64,000 nt of DNA from Alphaproteobacteria bacterium (GCA_030066595.1 JASJBI010000061.1:346-64345), one strand, 5' to 3'. Shown: positions 1-14,675, numbered from the stretch's first letter. Made by a program: numbers and translations. The notes: generated by a model not told the origin, from the letters alone.

Positions 1-1773
1 GGCCACCGTCTGCACGTTGGTCGAGGCCTCCTCCGAGGCGGCTGCGACGGCGGTCGCCTGACGGCTGGTCTCCTCCGCCGTCGCCGACATAGCCTCGGCC
101 GTGGACTGCAGCTCCGTTGCCGCGGAGGTCACCGTGTCGATCACGCTCGAGACGCTGGCATCGAAGTCGTCCGCAAGTTCCCGCATCGCCCGCTTCTTCT
201 CTTCTTCAGCGCGCTGGTCCGCCTCTTCCTTCTCGCGCCGCTCGCGTTCGGCGGCCTCTTCCTTCTGCCGGCGCTCGCGCTCAGCGGTCTCTGCCTGCTG
301 ACGGCGCTCGCGTTCCGCGGCCTCTTCCCTCTCGCGCTGGGCACGTTTCTCGGCTTCCCGGCGTTCCTTTTCCATCCGCTCCATCTCGATCGCGTTCTGC
401 TTGAACACTTCGACTGCAGCGGCCATTTCGCCGAGCTCGTCGGAACGGCCTTGACCCGGGATCAGCAACTCCTTGTTGCCCTCGGCCAAGGCACGCATGG
501 TCTCGGTCATTTTGGAGATCAGCCTGCTGATGCCCCGTGTCATGAACACGCCCACGGCACCCATGGCGAGCAATAGCGCAAAGCCGATCATCAGCATCTG
601 GTTGCGCATCTGATCCACTGGAGCCAGCACCTCGGCCATGTCCTTTTCCGCCATCAGCGCCCAGCGCGCGCCGGCGAAATCGAACGGCTTGTAGGCCGAG
701 AGAACGGGTATCCCGCGATAATCGGGCGTTTCCTGGACGCCCGTCTCGCCTTCGATGGCGGCCTCGACCGTCTTCGTCTTCACCTCTTGCTTGAGAATGG
801 TCGAGTCCTCTGAGAAACGTGAATCGCTGCGCATGAGAAAGTCTCGGCCAACGATATAGGTCTCACCGGACTCGCCCATGCCAGCGGTCTGCTGCATGAT
901 CCCATTCATCCGGGCGATCGGCATCTGGAACACGAGCACACCGAGCAGCGCCCCGGAATCATCGTGTACGGGCGAGGCGATGAAGCTCGCCGGGGCGTCG
1001 CGGCTGGGCGCGTAGGGCCGAAAATCGAAGAACGCCTGGGAGCCCGCTTCGCCCTTACGGCCCGCACGAAACGCATTTCCGAGATCGGTGTCCCTCCATT
1101 CGCCGGTGTTCAGGTTGGTGGCGTAGTCCAGCTCTTTGAACACCGTGTAGATCAGGTTTCCGTCGGGATCGAACAGAAAGATGTCGTAATAGTCGCGCTC
1201 GCGCAGAAAGGTGCGAAACCAGGGGTGGTAGCGACCATGGACGTCGCTATAGGTCGAGAAGTCGTCCGCCCGGTCCAGCTCCTCCTTCTTGCCCGTGGGA
1301 TGGGGGTTGTCGGCAATGTAGAGCCTTTGCAGCCGCTCGGTCTGATTGCCTTCCAGCTCCGACCAGGCCTGACGAAAGTCCCGGATCGCCTGACGCACAA
1401 GCGGATTGGTGGCGTGGGTGCGCAGGTCCTGCTCGATCGAACCCAGATAGTCCTTGAGCGCGCCGGAGCGCGCCTCTGCCAGCGCCGACAAGGTCTCCTC
1501 GGCCGCGTGCTGCAGTTCGCTCGATGCCCTGAAATAGTTGGCGACGCCGATGCCGGTCGCCAACACGAACGCCGAGCCGACCATGAGTGCCGGCAGCCGG
1601 AGCGCAATCGTGAGGCGGAACCGATTCTTGGCCGTCCCGCCGCCGGCAGAGCGATCAGAATGCGGAGTGTTGCGATCCGCATCCGAATTGTCGAATGCCC
1701 GAGTGTCGAGGTTACCGCTTCCCTCCAATGCTGCCGAGTCGGTGGGCAGCACATCTTCTTGGATGTCTGTCAT
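1..1773 (-). CDS. Methyl-accepting chemotaxis protein (TM, Cache-like sensor, TM, HAMP, signalling domain); runs off the left edge
   Basis: Absent from the ORF track. Manual minus-strand translation gives the MCP signalling motif QATAVAAASEEASTNVQTVA, HAMP-like DELGEMAAAVEVFKQNA and sensor motif YYDIFLFDPDGNLIYTVFKELDYATNL. ATG at 1773 is preceded by GAGGA. Confidence 0.9.
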   Translation of the reverse strand, partial: MTDIQEDVLPTDSAALEGSGNLDTRAFDNSDADRNTPHSDRSAGGGTAKNRFRLTIALRLPALMVGSAFVLATGIGVANYFRASSELQHAAEETLSALAEARSGALKDYLGSIEQDLRTHATNPLVRQAIRDFRQAWSELEGNQTERLQRLYIADNPHPTGKKEELDRADDFSTYSDVHGRYHPWFRTFLRERDYYDIFLFDPDGNLIYTVFKELDYATNLNTGEWRDTDLGNAFRAGRKGEAGSQAFFDFRPYAPSRDAPASFIASPVHDDSGALLGVLVFQMPIARMNGIMQQTAGMGESGETYIVGRDFLMRSDSRFSEDSTILKQEVKTKTVEAAIEGETGVQETPDYRGIPVLSAYKPFDFAGARWALMAEKDMAEVLAPVDQMRNQMLMIGFALLLAMGAVGVFMTRGISRLISKMTETMRALAEGNKELLIPGQGRSDELGEMAAAVEVFKQNAIEMERMEKERREAEKRAQREREEAAERERRQQAETAERERRQKEEAAERERREKEEADQRAEEEKKRAMRELADDFDASVSSVIDTVTSAATELQSTAEAMSATAEETSRQATAVAAASEEASTNVQTVA

Positions 1774-2416
1774 GTCGGTCCTCATGTCTGCTCATGCCGA
1801 GCAAGCTAAACTCGCGCCAGACGAAGCAATCACGAGGGGCAAAGATCCGCGCTTACGAACTCCGCCAAACGATCCCCTTCGAGGGATGTCGTCGTCCCCT
1901 TGTTGGACGGACCCGCAACCGATGTCGTTGCGAGTCGCAGTCTTTCGCGTCTGAGCCGCGGGGATCATTAAAGGGAAGAATTATGAATAAACTAATATCG
2001 CTTTGGTCTAGGGGGCCTATTTCTTAGCGCATACACAACCACATGATTCGGTGCGCGGGCTTGTCGCACCATTGCGAAAATCGGGTCGATGCAATTCAAT
2101 CAGTGCCCATGATGTTGCCTGGGAAGCACGCTGCATGGGCTGGCCGAACGCATGCCCTTAGGACGTGATCAGCGTCATGGCGGCTGGCTGACGAGCCCGG
2201 TCGAGGGACGGATCTTGAAGGCAACTGCCGCGGACATCCGGGCTCTCTCGGCGATGCCGCTTTGCCGTTGCGTCAAAATCTCGCCATATTGCCTGCTATC
2301 ATGCAGGCGGCCGGTTTGGGCGCTGGACCGTGCTTCTGCCTACAAGATATAGTATAAGGACGGGCTGCAGTCTCAGTCCCTAGGGGGACGGGACGGAAAT
2401 GGGGTTTCTCTGCGGT

Positions 2417-3163
2417 ATGGCAGGCCATTCGCAATTCAAGAACATCATGTACCGCAAGGGTGCGCAGGACGCCAAGCGCGCCAAGATCTTCGCCAAGCTG
2501 GGACGGGAGCTGATGGTGGCGGCGCGCGGCGGTGCCGATCCGGGGTCCAATGCGCGCCTGCGCGCGGCGATCGCGGCGGCGCGTGCCCAGAACATGCCGA
2601 AGGACAACATCGCGCGCGCCATCAAGAAGGGCAGCGGCGAGCTCGGCGGCGAAACCTTCGAGGAGATGCGCTACGAGGGCTATGGCCCCGGGGGTGTGGC
2701 GATCATCGTCGAGGCCCTGACCGACAACCGCAACCGGACCGCGGCGGAGGTCCGCTCGACCTTCAGCAAGTACAGCGGAAACCTGGCCGAAACCGGCGCC
2801 GTTTCGTTCAACTTCGATCATGTCGGACAGATCGTCTACGCAAGCGGCGCGGCCGGCGCCGAAGAGATATTCGAGGCGGCGCTGGAGGCCGGCGCCGAGG
2901 ACGTGAGATCGGACAAGGACGGCCACGAAATCACCTGCCCGGTCGACGATTTCAATGCCGTGCGCGAGGCACTCGAGGCGAAGCTCGGCCCGGCGGAGCG
3001 CGCCGGGCTGACCTGGAAGCCGCAGACCACGGTGCCAATCGACGAGACGCAGGCATCGACGCTGCTCAAGCTGATCGACACCCTGGAGGACAGCGACGAC
3101 GTGCAGGCGGTGTCCGCCAACTTCGAAGTATCCGACGAGGTGCTCGAAAGGTTGAGCGCATAG
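2417..3163 (+). CDS. yebC: YebC/PmpR family protein
   Basis: [16 protein letters not shown]-terminus; [10 protein letters not shown] and TDNRNRT motifs; usual position upstream of ruvC. Confidence 0.95.
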   Translation: MAGHSQFKNIMYRKGAQDAKRAKIFAKLGRELMVAARGGADPGSNARLRAAIAAARAQNMPKDNIARAIKKGSGELGGETFEEMRYEGYGPGGVAIIVEALTDNRNRTAAEVRSTFSKYSGNLAETGAVSFNFDHVGQIVYASGAAGAEEIFEAALEAGAEDVRSDKDGHEITCPVDDFNAVREALEAKLGPAERAGLTWKPQTTVPIDETQASTLLKLIDTLEDSDDVQAVSANFEVSDEVLERLSA

Positions 3164-3231
3164 ATGGCGGCTGGAGTCAGGGTCGCCGCGTCGAGCGCGG
3201 CCGCGCGCAGGCGGCAAGAGACCCGTCGCCG

Positions 3232-3747
3232 ATGAGAATTCTTGGCCTGGATCCAGGGTTGCGCCAGACCGGTTGGGGTGTCGTGGAGGCACGGCCCGAT
3301 CGTCTGCGTCACGTGGCCAACGGCGCGATCGCGAGCGACCCAAAGCTGCCGCTGGCCGCCAGGTTGGAGCAGTTGTTCGCGGGCCTTGTGCGGGTGATCG
3401 AGGCGTTCAATCCGGACGAAGCGGCGGTGGAGCAGACCTTCGTCAACCGCAACCCGGTCTCGACCCTCAAGCTGGGCCAAGCGCGCGGGGTCGTGCTGCT
3501 GGTGCCGGCCCGGGCCGGCTTGCCGGTCGAGGAGTATGGCGCGAATCACATCAAGAAGGCCGTCGTTGGCGTCGGTCATGCGGACAAGCGACAGGTGGCG
3601 TTGATGGTGCGGACATTGCTGCCCGGGGTCGACATCGCCGGACCGGATGCGGCGGACGCCCTGGCGATTGCCATCTGTCACGCCCATCATCGCACCGCGC
3701 GATCGGCGGTCGCCGGAGTCGCGAGCCTCGCGGAGCGAGCCTCGTGA
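3232..3747 (+). CDS. ruvC: Holliday junction resolvase RuvC
   Basis: [20 protein letters not shown] and [14 protein letters not shown] motifs. Confidence 0.97.
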   Translation: MRILGLDPGLRQTGWGVVEARPDRLRHVANGAIASDPKLPLAARLEQLFAGLVRVIEAFNPDEAAVEQTFVNRNPVSTLKLGQARGVVLLVPARAGLPVEEYGANHIKKAVVGVGHADKRQVALMVRTLLPGVDIAGPDAADALAIAICHAHHRTARSAVAGVASLAERAS

Positions 3748-4364
3748 TCGCCAAACTCACCGGGACGTTGGACTCGATTCTCGATGACGCGGCGGTCATC
3801 GATGTGGGCGGCGTCGGCTATCTGGCCTTCTGTTCGAGCCAGACCCTACGCGCGTTGCCCCCGGCGGGCAGCGTCGCGACGCTGCTGATCGAGACCCACG
3901 TCCGCGAGGACCACATCCATCTCTTCGGTTTCGCGACCGCGGCGGAGCGCGACTGGTTTCGCCTCTTGATGACGGTCCAGGGCGTCGGCGCCAAGGTGGC
4001 GCTGGCCGTGCTGTCCGCCTTGTCGCCGGACCAGCTCACCCTGGCGATCACCGCCCAGGACCCCGCGACGCTGACCCGCGCCAACGGCGTCGGGCGCAAG
4101 GTGGCGCAGCGGATCGTCACGGAGCTCAAGGACAAGGCGGGGGAGTTGGCCGTGACGGCGGGCGTCATGCCGAGCGTCGCGGGGTTGCCGCAGTTCCCTG
4201 GCGCGGGGGCCGGACCGTCCGGAGAAGCGATCTCGGCCCTGGTCAACCTGGGGTACAGGCGCATGGAAGCGACCGGCGCCATCGGGCAGGCGATGCAGGC
4301 GCTCGGTGCCGATGCCAGCACCGAAGCCTTGATCAAGGCCGGTCTGCAGGAGCTGGCATCATGA
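3744..4364 (+). CDS. ruvA: Holliday junction branch migration protein RuvA
   Basis: GTG overlaps the ruvC stop; VIAKLTG, DVGGVGY, ETHVRED, Hh[11 protein letters not shown] and ALVNLGY motifs. Confidence 0.97.
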   Translation: MIAKLTGTLDSILDDAAVIDVGGVGYLAFCSSQTLRALPPAGSVATLLIETHVREDHIHLFGFATAAERDWFRLLMTVQGVGAKVALAVLSALSPDQLTLAITAQDPATLTRANGVGRKVAQRIVTELKDKAGELAVTAGVMPSVAGLPQFPGAGAGPSGEAISALVNLGYRRMEATGAIGQAMQALGADASTEALIKAGLQELAS

Positions 4365-4377
4365 GGAGGCGCGCCTC

Positions 4378-5448
4378 GTGAGCGAGCAGCGCCTGGTCGC
4401 CGCCGCACCGGCACCCGACGAGACGGAGGGCGCCGGAGCCGAGACGACGCTTCGTCCCCGGCTCCTGGACGAATTCATCGGCCAGCAACAGGTTCGCCAG
4501 AACCTGAAAGTCTTCATAGCCGCCGCGCAGAGGCGCAGCGAAGCGATGGACCATGTCCTGCTGCACGGACCGCCGGGCCTGGGCAAGACAACGCTGGCCC
4601 AGATCATCGCGCGCGAGCTGGGCGTAAACTTCCGCGCCACCTCCGGTCCGGTAATCCAGCGCGCCGGCGACCTGGCGGCGTTGCTCACCAACCTGCAGCC
4701 GCGCGACGTCTTGTTCATCGACGAGATTCATCGCCTCAACCCCGCGGTGGAGGAGATCCTGTATCCGGCGCTCGAGGACTTCGAGCTCGATCTGATCATC
4801 GGCGAAGGTCCGGCGGCGCGATCGATCCGCATCGACCTGCCGCCCTTCACGCTGGTCGGCGCGACCACCCGCTCGGGGCTGCTGACGACGCCGTTGCGCG
4901 AACGTTTCGGCATCCCGCTGCGCCTCTCCTTCTACGAAGCGGAAGAGCTGGAGCTCATCGTTCGGCGCGGCGCCGAGCTGATGGGTCTGACGCTGACGGC
5001 CGAAGGTGCGCGTGAGATTTCCCGCCGCTCGCGCGGCACCCCGCGGGTCGCCGGCCGGCTGCTGCGTCGGGTTCGCGACTTCACGGCGATCGACGGCGAC
5101 CAGCGGATCGACCGGGCGGAAGCGGACGCGGCGCTCAACCGTCTGGAGGTGGACGGCCGCGGGCTCGACGCCATGGACCGGCGCTATCTGACCGCGCTGG
5201 CCGAGAGCCATGGCGGTGGACCGGTCGGTGTCGAGACACTGGCGGCTGCGCTGGCCGAGCAGCGGGACATGCTGGAAGAGGTCATCGAGCCCTTCCTGAT
5301 CCAGCAAGGCCTTCTGCAACGGACGCCCAGGGGTCGCATGCTGTCGCGCGAGGGTTTCCGGCATCTCGGCCTGAGCCCGCCGGACAGGCCCGAGACCCAG
5401 CTGGACATGCTCGACGGCGCTGGCGACGAGGTGGACCGTGCCGGCTGA
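4378..5448 (+). CDS. ruvB: Holliday junction branch migration helicase RuvB
   Basis: [12 protein letters not shown], Walker [25 protein letters not shown] and RTPRGR motifs. Confidence 0.98.
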   Translation: MSEQRLVAAAPAPDETEGAGAETTLRPRLLDEFIGQQQVRQNLKVFIAAAQRRSEAMDHVLLHGPPGLGKTTLAQIIARELGVNFRATSGPVIQRAGDLAALLTNLQPRDVLFIDEIHRLNPAVEEILYPALEDFELDLIIGEGPAARSIRIDLPPFTLVGATTRSGLLTTPLRERFGIPLRLSFYEAEELELIVRRGAELMGLTLTAEGAREISRRSRGTPRVAGRLLRRVRDFTAIDGDQRIDRAEADAALNRLEVDGRGLDAMDRRYLTALAESHGGGPVGVETLAAALAEQRDMLEEVIEPFLIQQGLLQRTPRGRMLSREGFRHLGLSPPDRPETQLDMLDGAGDEVDRAG

Positions 5449-5896
5449 GACGTCCGACCGACAGCCGTCCGGCACGATCCGCGACGAAACGCATGTCTAT
5501 CCCGTGCGCGTCTACTATGAGGATACGGACACGGCCGGCATCGTATACTACGCGAACTACTTGAAGTTCGCGGAACGAGCCCGTACAGAATTGCTGCGCC
5601 TGCTCGGTTTCGAACAGCGCGACCTCTTCGACACCTATGGCGTGGGCTTCGCGGTTCGACATTGCGAGATCGACTTCCGGCTGCCGGCCCGTTTGGATGA
5701 CGCCTTGGAGGTGCACAGCCGCATGCTCGACGTTGGCGGCGCCAGCCTTCGGGCGGAGCAGGTCGTGCGACGGGACGACACCGATCTGGTACGAATGCAG
5801 GTCCGCGTGGCCTGCATGAATCGCGAAGGACAGCCGACCCGGATTCCCGGGCCCTTGCTCGACCTGCTGCGCCCCCTGGATCCATCGAGAGAGTGA
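5438..5896 (+). CDS. ybgC: Tol-Pal-associated acyl-CoA thioesterase
   Basis: [26 protein letters not shown] motif; lies between ruvB and tolQ. Confidence 0.95.
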   Translation: MPAETSDRQPSGTIRDETHVYPVRVYYEDTDTAGIVYYANYLKFAERARTELLRLLGFEQRDLFDTYGVGFAVRHCEIDFRLPARLDDALEVHSRMLDVGGASLRAEQVVRRDDTDLVRMQVRVACMNREGQPTRIPGPLLDLLRPLDPSRE

Positions 5897-5906
5897 GACC
5901 GCAAAT

Positions 5907-6763
<857 letters not shown>

Positions 6764-6764
<1 letters not shown>

Positions 6765-7267
6765 TGGCGGTCAACCTCAGCAGCAGCGGCTATCGCGGCA
6801 CCGCCGGCGGGCGCTTCCGCTATAAACCCATGGCGGAGATCAACGTGACGCCCTTTGTGGACGTCATGCTTGTGCTGCTGATCATCTTCATGGTGACGGC
6901 GCCGCTCCTGACCGTGGGCGTGCCCGTGGACCTGCCGAAGACCGCGGCCAAGCCGATCTCCGAGCCGGACGAGCCCTTGGTCATAACGGTCAACAAGGAC
7001 GGTAAGATCTTCTTGCAGGAAACCGAGGTAGCCTTGAAGTCCTTGGTGCCGCGTTTGGTGGCGATCACCGAGGCCAAGGTGGACACGCGGATTTTCATCC
7101 GCGGGGACAAGGAGCTGAGCTACGGCAACATGATGCAGGTGATGGCCACGACCACCGCGGCCGGATTCACCAAGGTGGCGCTGATTACCGATATGGCGGA
7201 AGACGGAGGCATTCAGGCGCCGCAGCAAGCGCCCAAGGCCGGATCGGAAGACGGGCGCAAGAATTAG
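6764..7267 (+). CDS. tolR: TolR
   Basis: EINVTPFVDVMLVLLIIFMVTAP motif; ATG overlaps the tolQ stop. Confidence 0.96.
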
Positions 7268-7291
7268 AAAGACGAGAGTCCGCAAGTGGCA

Positions 7292-8146
7292 ATGCGCAAC
7301 GGCATGATTTTTTCGGGCCTGCTTCACGCGGCGATCATTGCGCTGGCGGTGTTCGGGCTGCCCGAGATGTGGCAGCGGATCGAAATCACCAACCAAGCGA
7401 TTCCCGTGGAGATCGTCGACATCGGCGAGCTTACCAACGCGCCGCCACCAGACACGCCGCAGGAGCTCGCCGAACAGGCCCAGCGGGACGATCCCGCGCC
7501 GCAACCACGGCCGGCCCCGCCGCCGCCGCCGGAACCCGAAGCACCCGTGGTCGCCGCGCCCGTGGCACCGCCCAAGCCCAAGGTCGAGGCCAAAAAGCCC
7601 GAGCCACTGGACAAACCCGAACCGAAACCCAAGCCGAAGCTGGAAGAAAAACCGGTGCAGCAGGCGAAAGCCCAGGCCAAGCCCAAGCGCCGCCCCAAAC
7701 CGCCCAAGCCGAGTTTTGATTCGGTTCTCAAAACGGTCGACAAGATCCGCCAAAAACGGCGGAAGGACCAGCCGGCCGAGCCGGAACGTCAGGTCGCTTC
7801 CACGCAGAGCAGCCGCAACATTCCCGATCAGCCGTTGACCATCAGCGAACTCGATGCCATACGACGCCAGTTCACGTCCTGCTGGAATGTCGATCTGGGC
7901 CTCAAGGGCATCGAAAACATGGTCGTTCGCGTTCGCGTCGACCTCAATCCCGACCGCACCATTCGATCGGCCCGCATCCTAGACCGGATCAACCCGGGCA
8001 ATGCGCACTATCGGTCCTTCGCCGAGAGCGCCCTGCGCGCCGTTCGCAACTCGCGCTGTTCGCCGGTGCGGCTCCCGCCCAAGAAGTTCAGTGTCATGAA
8101 GACCTTCACTCTTCGATTTAGCGCAAAGGAGATGCTCGGACTATGA
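7292..8146 (+). CDS. tolA: TolA/TonB-like energy transducer
   Basis: N-terminal TM with SGLLH motif, Pro/Lys-rich linker, C-terminal domain; lies between tolR and tolB. Alternative GTG start at 7286. Confidence 0.85.
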   Translation: MRNGMIFSGLLHAAIIALAVFGLPEMWQRIEITNQAIPVEIVDIGELTNAPPPDTPQELAEQAQRDDPAPQPRPAPPPPPEPEAPVVAAPVAPPKPKVEAKKPEPLDKPEPKPKPKLEEKPVQQAKAQAKPKRRPKPPKPSFDSVLKTVDKIRQKRRKDQPAEPERQVASTQSSRNIPDQPLTISELDAIRRQFTSCWNVDLGLKGIENMVVRVRVDLNPDRTIRSARILDRINPGNAHYRSFAESALRAVRNSRCSPVRLPPKKFSVMKTFTLRFSAKEMLGL

Positions 8147-9477
8147 CCGTCCTTGCCTGCGCCCGCCGCCTGCTGACAACGGCGGCGGTGCCGGTCGCGC
8201 TGGCCATTGCGAGCTTGTCTTCGGCAACGGCACAGGAACCGCCCCTGATCGACATCGAAAGGGGCCTGGTCGAGCCGCTGCCGGTTGCGATTACCAATTT
8301 CCGCGGCAGCAGCGAACAGGAAGGCCGGCTCGGCATCGACATCGCCCGGGTCGTCACAGCCGATCTCGAGCGGTCCGGGCTGTTCCGACCGATCGACCAG
8401 GCGGCGTTCATCCAGGATCTCGGGTCGATTGAGGTGCAGCCGCGTTTCGGCGACTGGCGCGTGATCGGCGCGCAGGCGCTGGTGCAAGGCGCGGTCAAGT
8501 TCCAGTCGAACGGACGCATGCGCACCGAGGTGCGGCTTTGGGACGTGACCGCGGAGAAGCAGCTGGTCGGCCGTGCTTACGAGACACCGCCGGACAACTG
8601 GCGGCGCGTGGCGCATATCATTGCCGACGCCATCTACAAACGGATGACAGGCGAGGACGCCTACTTCGACACGCGTATCGTCTACGTTTCCGAGAGCGGA
8701 CCGGCCGAGCGTCGGGTCAAGCGGCTGGCGATCATGGACCAGGACGGGGCCAACCACAGATTCCTGACCAGCGGCAGCGAACTGGTTCTGACGCCCCGTT
8801 TTTCGCCGACCAGCCAGGAAATAACGTATCTGTCCTATTTCAACGAGCGGCCCCGGGTCTATCTGCTCAACATCGAGACCGGACAGCAGGAGGTGGTCGG
8901 CGATTTTCCGGGCATGACCTTCGCGCCGCGCTTCTCGCCGGACGGCAACAAGGTGATCATGAGCTTGGCGACCGCCGGGAATTCCGAGGTCTACGCCATG
9001 GACCTCCGCACCCGGCGCTTTGACCGTCTGACCAACAATCCGGCGATCGATACCTCGCCGAGCTATTCCCCGGAGGGCGAGCAGATCGTCTTCAATTCCG
9101 ATCGCGGCGGCTCTCAGCAGCTCTACATCATGGACTCGGATGGCGGCAATGTCCGCCGGATCAGCTTTGGCGACGGGCGCTATGCCACCCCCGTATGGTC
9201 GCCGAGAGGCGATCTGATCGCGTTTACCAAGATTAAAGGAGGCTTGTTCTATATCGGCGTCATGAGTACCGATGGCTCGGGCGAGCGGCTCCTGACGCAG
9301 GGATTCCTTGTCGAAGGTCCGACCTGGGCGCCGAACGGACGGGTACTGATGTTCTTCCGGCAAGAGCGTGGCGAATCGGTGAGGCTGCACTCGATCGACC
9401 TGACCGGTTACAACGAGCGGGAGATCTTCACCCCGGCCGATGCTTCGGACCCGGCCTGGTCGCCGCTGCTGCCTTAG
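8143..9477 (+). CDS. tolB: TolB periplasmic beta-propeller
   Basis: Signal peptide, [19 protein letters not shown] and PD40-like repeats ([21 protein letters not shown]). Confidence 0.97.
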   Translation: MTVLACARRLLTTAAVPVALAIASLSSATAQEPPLIDIERGLVEPLPVAITNFRGSSEQEGRLGIDIARVVTADLERSGLFRPIDQAAFIQDLGSIEVQPRFGDWRVIGAQALVQGAVKFQSNGRMRTEVRLWDVTAEKQLVGRAYETPPDNWRRVAHIIADAIYKRMTGEDAYFDTRIVYVSESGPAERRVKRLAIMDQDGANHRFLTSGSELVLTPRFSPTSQEITYLSYFNERPRVYLLNIETGQQEVVGDFPGMTFAPRFSPDGNKVIMSLATAGNSEVYAMDLRTRRFDRLTNNPAIDTSPSYSPEGEQIVFNSDRGGSQQLYIMDSDGGNVRRISFGDGRYATPVWSPRGDLIAFTKIKGGLFYIGVMSTDGSGERLLTQGFLVEGPTWAPNGRVLMFFRQERGESVRLHSIDLTGYNEREIFTPADASDPAWSPLLP

Positions 9478-9647
9478 GCCGAATCAACTCGTGAACTGGC
9501 GCTTATTGGCCACAATTGCGTCAAATTGTCCCCTAGAATCGCAGGAAACTGGGGTTTGGCTTTGATGATGTCGCATCACACTGTATACCAGCACCCTGAT
9601 TCCTTGCGACCAAACGTGATATCCTGTCGGGTTACGGAGAGTAGGAA

Positions 9648-10118
9648 ATGTCCCTGAAGACCATCGTGAGCCTGTTTTCTGCCGTCCTCATGCTCGCTGC
9701 GTGCGAGACGGCGTCGCAAGGTAGCGGCTCTGCTACCGGTGGCGGCCAGCAAACCGCCTCCGCAGACGGAGGGCGTGGCGGCGGGCGGGTGTCCGGCGAC
9801 CGCGTGTTTTTCGAGTTCGACCGGTCCGACCTGCAGCCGCAGGCGCGCAAGACGATCGAGAGCTGGGCAAACTGGATGCGATCCAATCCGTCCACCGCGG
9901 TCACCATCGAGGGCCACGCGGACGAGCGCGGCACCCGCGAATACAACCTCGCTCTTGGCGAGCGCCGGGCGCAGTCGGCCAAGAACTACTTGGTCGCTCT
10001 TGGCGTCAGCCCGAACCGGGTGCGCACGCTCAGCTATGGCAAGGAGCGGCCTGCCGTGGGCGGCCATGACGAGCAGTCCTGGGCGCAGAACCGCCGCTCG
10101 GTCCTGACGCGGAAGTAG
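9648..10118 (+). CDS. pal: Peptidoglycan-associated lipoprotein Pal
   Basis: Lipobox LAAC; IEGHADERGTREYNLALGERRA, SYGKERP and QNRR motifs. Confidence 0.97.
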   Translation: MSLKTIVSLFSAVLMLAACETASQGSGSATGGGQQTASADGGRGGGRVSGDRVFFEFDRSDLQPQARKTIESWANWMRSNPSTAVTIEGHADERGTREYNLALGERRAQSAKNYLVALGVSPNRVRTLSYGKERPAVGGHDEQSWAQNRRSVLTRK

Positions 10119-10303
10119 CTGCCAGGTCGGGCACATGTGTCCGGCCTGCCCTCGACAGGTAGTCTTAGTTTCGCCGCAAAGCGCGGTTAGCCGTGTCTTG
10201 CGGTTGGCATGAACGCAGGGACGCCGAAGTGGCGCGCCCTGCGCGTGCCTGACCAATCGGAATGTTGGACCCTGTGACAGCCACTGTCGTTCGCAAGCCC
10301 CCG

Positions 10304-11233
10304 ATGCGCACCACCTCAAATGCATGGCGAAGAGCCGCCGCCGCGATAGTGGTCGCGACGATCGCGGCTTCCGGCTGGGCTTCGTCGGCGATCGCGCAGT
10401 CGGCGGCTCCGGAGGAGATGCGCCTGTTGCTCGAGCGGTTGGACCGCCTCGAGCAGCAACTCGGCCGCGTGCAGAACCGCCTGGAGACGAGCATCAACCG
10501 GCCGGCCCCAGTGGTGAAGCCCGGCGAACCGCTGCCGCCGACCGCCGCGGCCCGGATGGAACTGCGTGTCAGTCAGCTGGAGAACGAGATCCGGCGTTTG
10601 ACCGGTCGCGCGGAAGAGATCGATTTCTCGGTCCAGCAGATCAAGTCGCGCCTCGACCGGCTGGTCTCGGATGTTGACCAGCGACTGGCCGTTCTCGAAG
10701 GCAGGCCGCCCCAGCAGGCCGACGCGCAACGGGGCAGGTCGGCCCTCCCGGCGCAGTCGTCGCAGCCTGAATCCCAGGTGGCGTCTGCGGAGACGACAGC
10801 GAGCGGCGGCGGGGAACCGGCCGGTGCCCAGCTCGCCGCTCTGCCGCCAGGCTCGGTTGAGCAGCAATACCAGCACGCCCGCGCTTTCCTGGTGCAAGGC
10901 GCCTATGACGAAGCCGAGGCGTCGCTGCGGTCGTTCATCCAAGCCCACCCCGATCACACGCTCGCGGGCAACGCGCAATACTGGCTTGGCGAGACCTTCT
11001 ATGTGCGCAAACAGTATGAAGACGCGGTCGTCGCCTATCTCGAGGGCTACCAGAAGTACCCGAAGAGCCGAAAGGCGCCGGACAATCTCCTGAAGCTGGG
11101 CATGTCCTTGGCACAGCTTGGCAAGAAGGACGAAGCCTGCGCCACCTTCACCCAGCTGCGGCAGAAGTTCCCCAAGGCGCGCTCCAACATCCGACAGACC
11201 GCGGCGAGCCAGCGCAAGAAGCTTGGCTGCTGA
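10304..11233 (+). CDS. cpoB: Cell division coordinator CpoB (YbgF)
   Basis: Signal peptide, coiled coil, TPR region with NAQYWLGE and KAPDNLLKLG; follows pal. Start could be 10262. Confidence 0.93.
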   Translation: MRTTSNAWRRAAAAIVVATIAASGWASSAIAQSAAPEEMRLLLERLDRLEQQLGRVQNRLETSINRPAPVVKPGEPLPPTAAARMELRVSQLENEIRRLTGRAEEIDFSVQQIKSRLDRLVSDVDQRLAVLEGRPPQQADAQRGRSALPAQSSQPESQVASAETTASGGGEPAGAQLAALPPGSVEQQYQHARAFLVQGAYDEAEASLRSFIQAHPDHTLAGNAQYWLGETFYVRKQYEDAVVAYLEGYQKYPKSRKAPDNLLKLGMSLAQLGKKDEACATFTQLRQKFPKARSNIRQTAASQRKKLGC

Positions 11234-12557
11234 GGCGCCGCAGAGCGACCGCCCCCCGTCTCGCGACGATGCGTGCGCGCTGATCGACCGGCTGGGGCCG
11301 TTCGAAGCATCGCCCCATGTGGCCGTGGCCGTCTCCGGCGGCGCCGACAGCCTGGCGCTGTGCCTGTTGACGCAGGACTGGGCCCGCGCCCGTGGCGGCA
11401 GGGTCACCGCGCTGACCGTCGACCACGGTCTCCGGCCGGAGGCGGCGGCGGAAGCGCGGCAGATCGGACGATGGCTCGCCAAACGCAAGATCGCCCATGT
11501 GACGCTGCGCTGGCGCACTGCAGCCGGCGGGCGTCAAGCCAACCTCCAGGCGCGCGCCCGGGAGGCGCGCTACCGGCTGATGCGCGACTGGTGCCGTAGC
11601 CACGAGGTGCTGCATCTGCTGACCGGCCATCAGCGGGAGGACCAGGCGGAAACGGTCTTGATGCGCCTGGGCCGCGGCAGCGGCGTCGACGGTCTGGCGG
11701 CCATTCCGCCGGTTCGCGAGTCCGCGGACGGGCGGACGCTGCGCCCTCTCCTTTCGGTGCCGCGCGCGCGGCTCGCGGCGACGCTTGCCGAGCGCGGGCA
11801 ACCCTGGATCGAGGATCCGTCCAATGTGGACGTCCGCCACGCGCGGGTGCGAATCCGCAACGCCCTCCCGCATTTGGCGCCGCTCGGCCTGACCGTGGAT
11901 CGTCTTGCCGAGACGGCGGATCGCATGGCACGCGCGCGCAACGCCCTGGACGTGGCGACCGCCGAGGTGCTCGTCCGGGCGGCCGCCGTCCATCCGGCGG
12001 GCTTCGCCGTCGTCGACTGCGGGGTTCTTGCGGCGGATCCCCCCGAGCTCGGCATGCGCGGGCTGGCGCGGCTCTTGATGACGGTTGCCGGCGCGGTCTA
12101 TCCGCCGCGCCTCGAACGGCTCGAGCGGCTCTATCGGGAACTCCTGTCTGACGACAGTCCCACCGGCAGGACGCTCGGCGGCTGCCGGCTCGTGCCCCTG
12201 GTACGGGCGCGAGACGCCGGCAGATGGCTGGTCTGCCGCGAACCCGCCGCTGCGGCCCCGGACCTTCGCCTGCCCGCCGACGGAGAAGTCTGTTGGGATG
12301 GACGGTTCCGGGTTACGCGAGCCCGGCGCGGCCGGCCCATGTGGATCGGCAAACTGGGCCGTGTGTCGGGACCATCGTTGCCGGCCGCAGCGCGGGCGCG
12401 GCTCGCCGACCTCCCAGGCGCCGTGCGGTCCACACTGCCGGCGCTGCGCGATGCGCGGGGCATTGTTGCAGTGCCCCATATCGGGTTTCTGCGCGCCGCA
12501 ACGCGTCCGGCGACGCTGCCACGCGTGCGCTTCGCGCCGGCACAGCCGTTAACTTAG
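11223..12557 (+). CDS. tilS: tRNA(Ile)-lysidine synthetase
   Basis: PP-loop AVSGGADSLAL, VDHGLR, AREARY and HQREDQAET motifs. Start uncertain; in-frame TTG at 11223 used. Confidence 0.95.
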   Translation: MAAEAPQSDRPPSRDDACALIDRLGPFEASPHVAVAVSGGADSLALCLLTQDWARARGGRVTALTVDHGLRPEAAAEARQIGRWLAKRKIAHVTLRWRTAAGGRQANLQARAREARYRLMRDWCRSHEVLHLLTGHQREDQAETVLMRLGRGSGVDGLAAIPPVRESADGRTLRPLLSVPRARLAATLAERGQPWIEDPSNVDVRHARVRIRNALPHLAPLGLTVDRLAETADRMARARNALDVATAEVLVRAAAVHPAGFAVVDCGVLAADPPELGMRGLARLLMTVAGAVYPPRLERLERLYRELLSDDSPTGRTLGGCRLVPLVRARDAGRWLVCREPAAAAPDLRLPADGEVCWDGRFRVTRARRGRPMWIGKLGRVSGPSLPAAARARLADLPGAVRSTLPALRDARGIVAVPHIGFLRAATRPATLPRVRFAPAQPLT

Positions 12558-12574
12558 ACCAGTGTTGGTTTGTG

Positions 12575-12601
12575 TTGTTTTAAGACTGAGATAAACTATC
12601 T
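12575..12601 (+). promoter_or_regulatory. Putative RpoH (sigma32)-type promoter of ftsH
   Basis: TTG(12575)-N18-CTATCT(12596) resembles the alphaproteobacterial RpoH consensus TTG-N18-CTATAT; ftsH is a typical heat-shock gene. Confidence 0.4.
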
Positions 12602-12737
12602 CTACACTACGTGAATGCTAGGCTCCTGCCGCGCGAGATAGCCTGCAAATTCGGGAAAACGGCATAGTTACAGGCCTCTGGCGGCGTCGCAGGACCCTTA
12701 ACTGCTCCGATGGCAGCGAACAGGAAGGGCGTTCGAA

Positions 12738-14675
<1,938 letters not shown>

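Noticed and set aside
964..1809. 281-aa plus-strand ORF
   Set aside because: It is antisense to the chemoreceptor, which the track missed only because it runs off the window edge.
1774..2416. Long intergenic region with an AT-rich patch; possible CtrA/sigma28 sites or an sRNA
   Set aside because: I found no convincing TTAA-N7-TTAA box, sigma28 spacing or terminator-bounded unit.
7430..7720. Pro/Lys-rich repeats in tolA
   Set aside because: This is the ordinary TolA/TonB linker.
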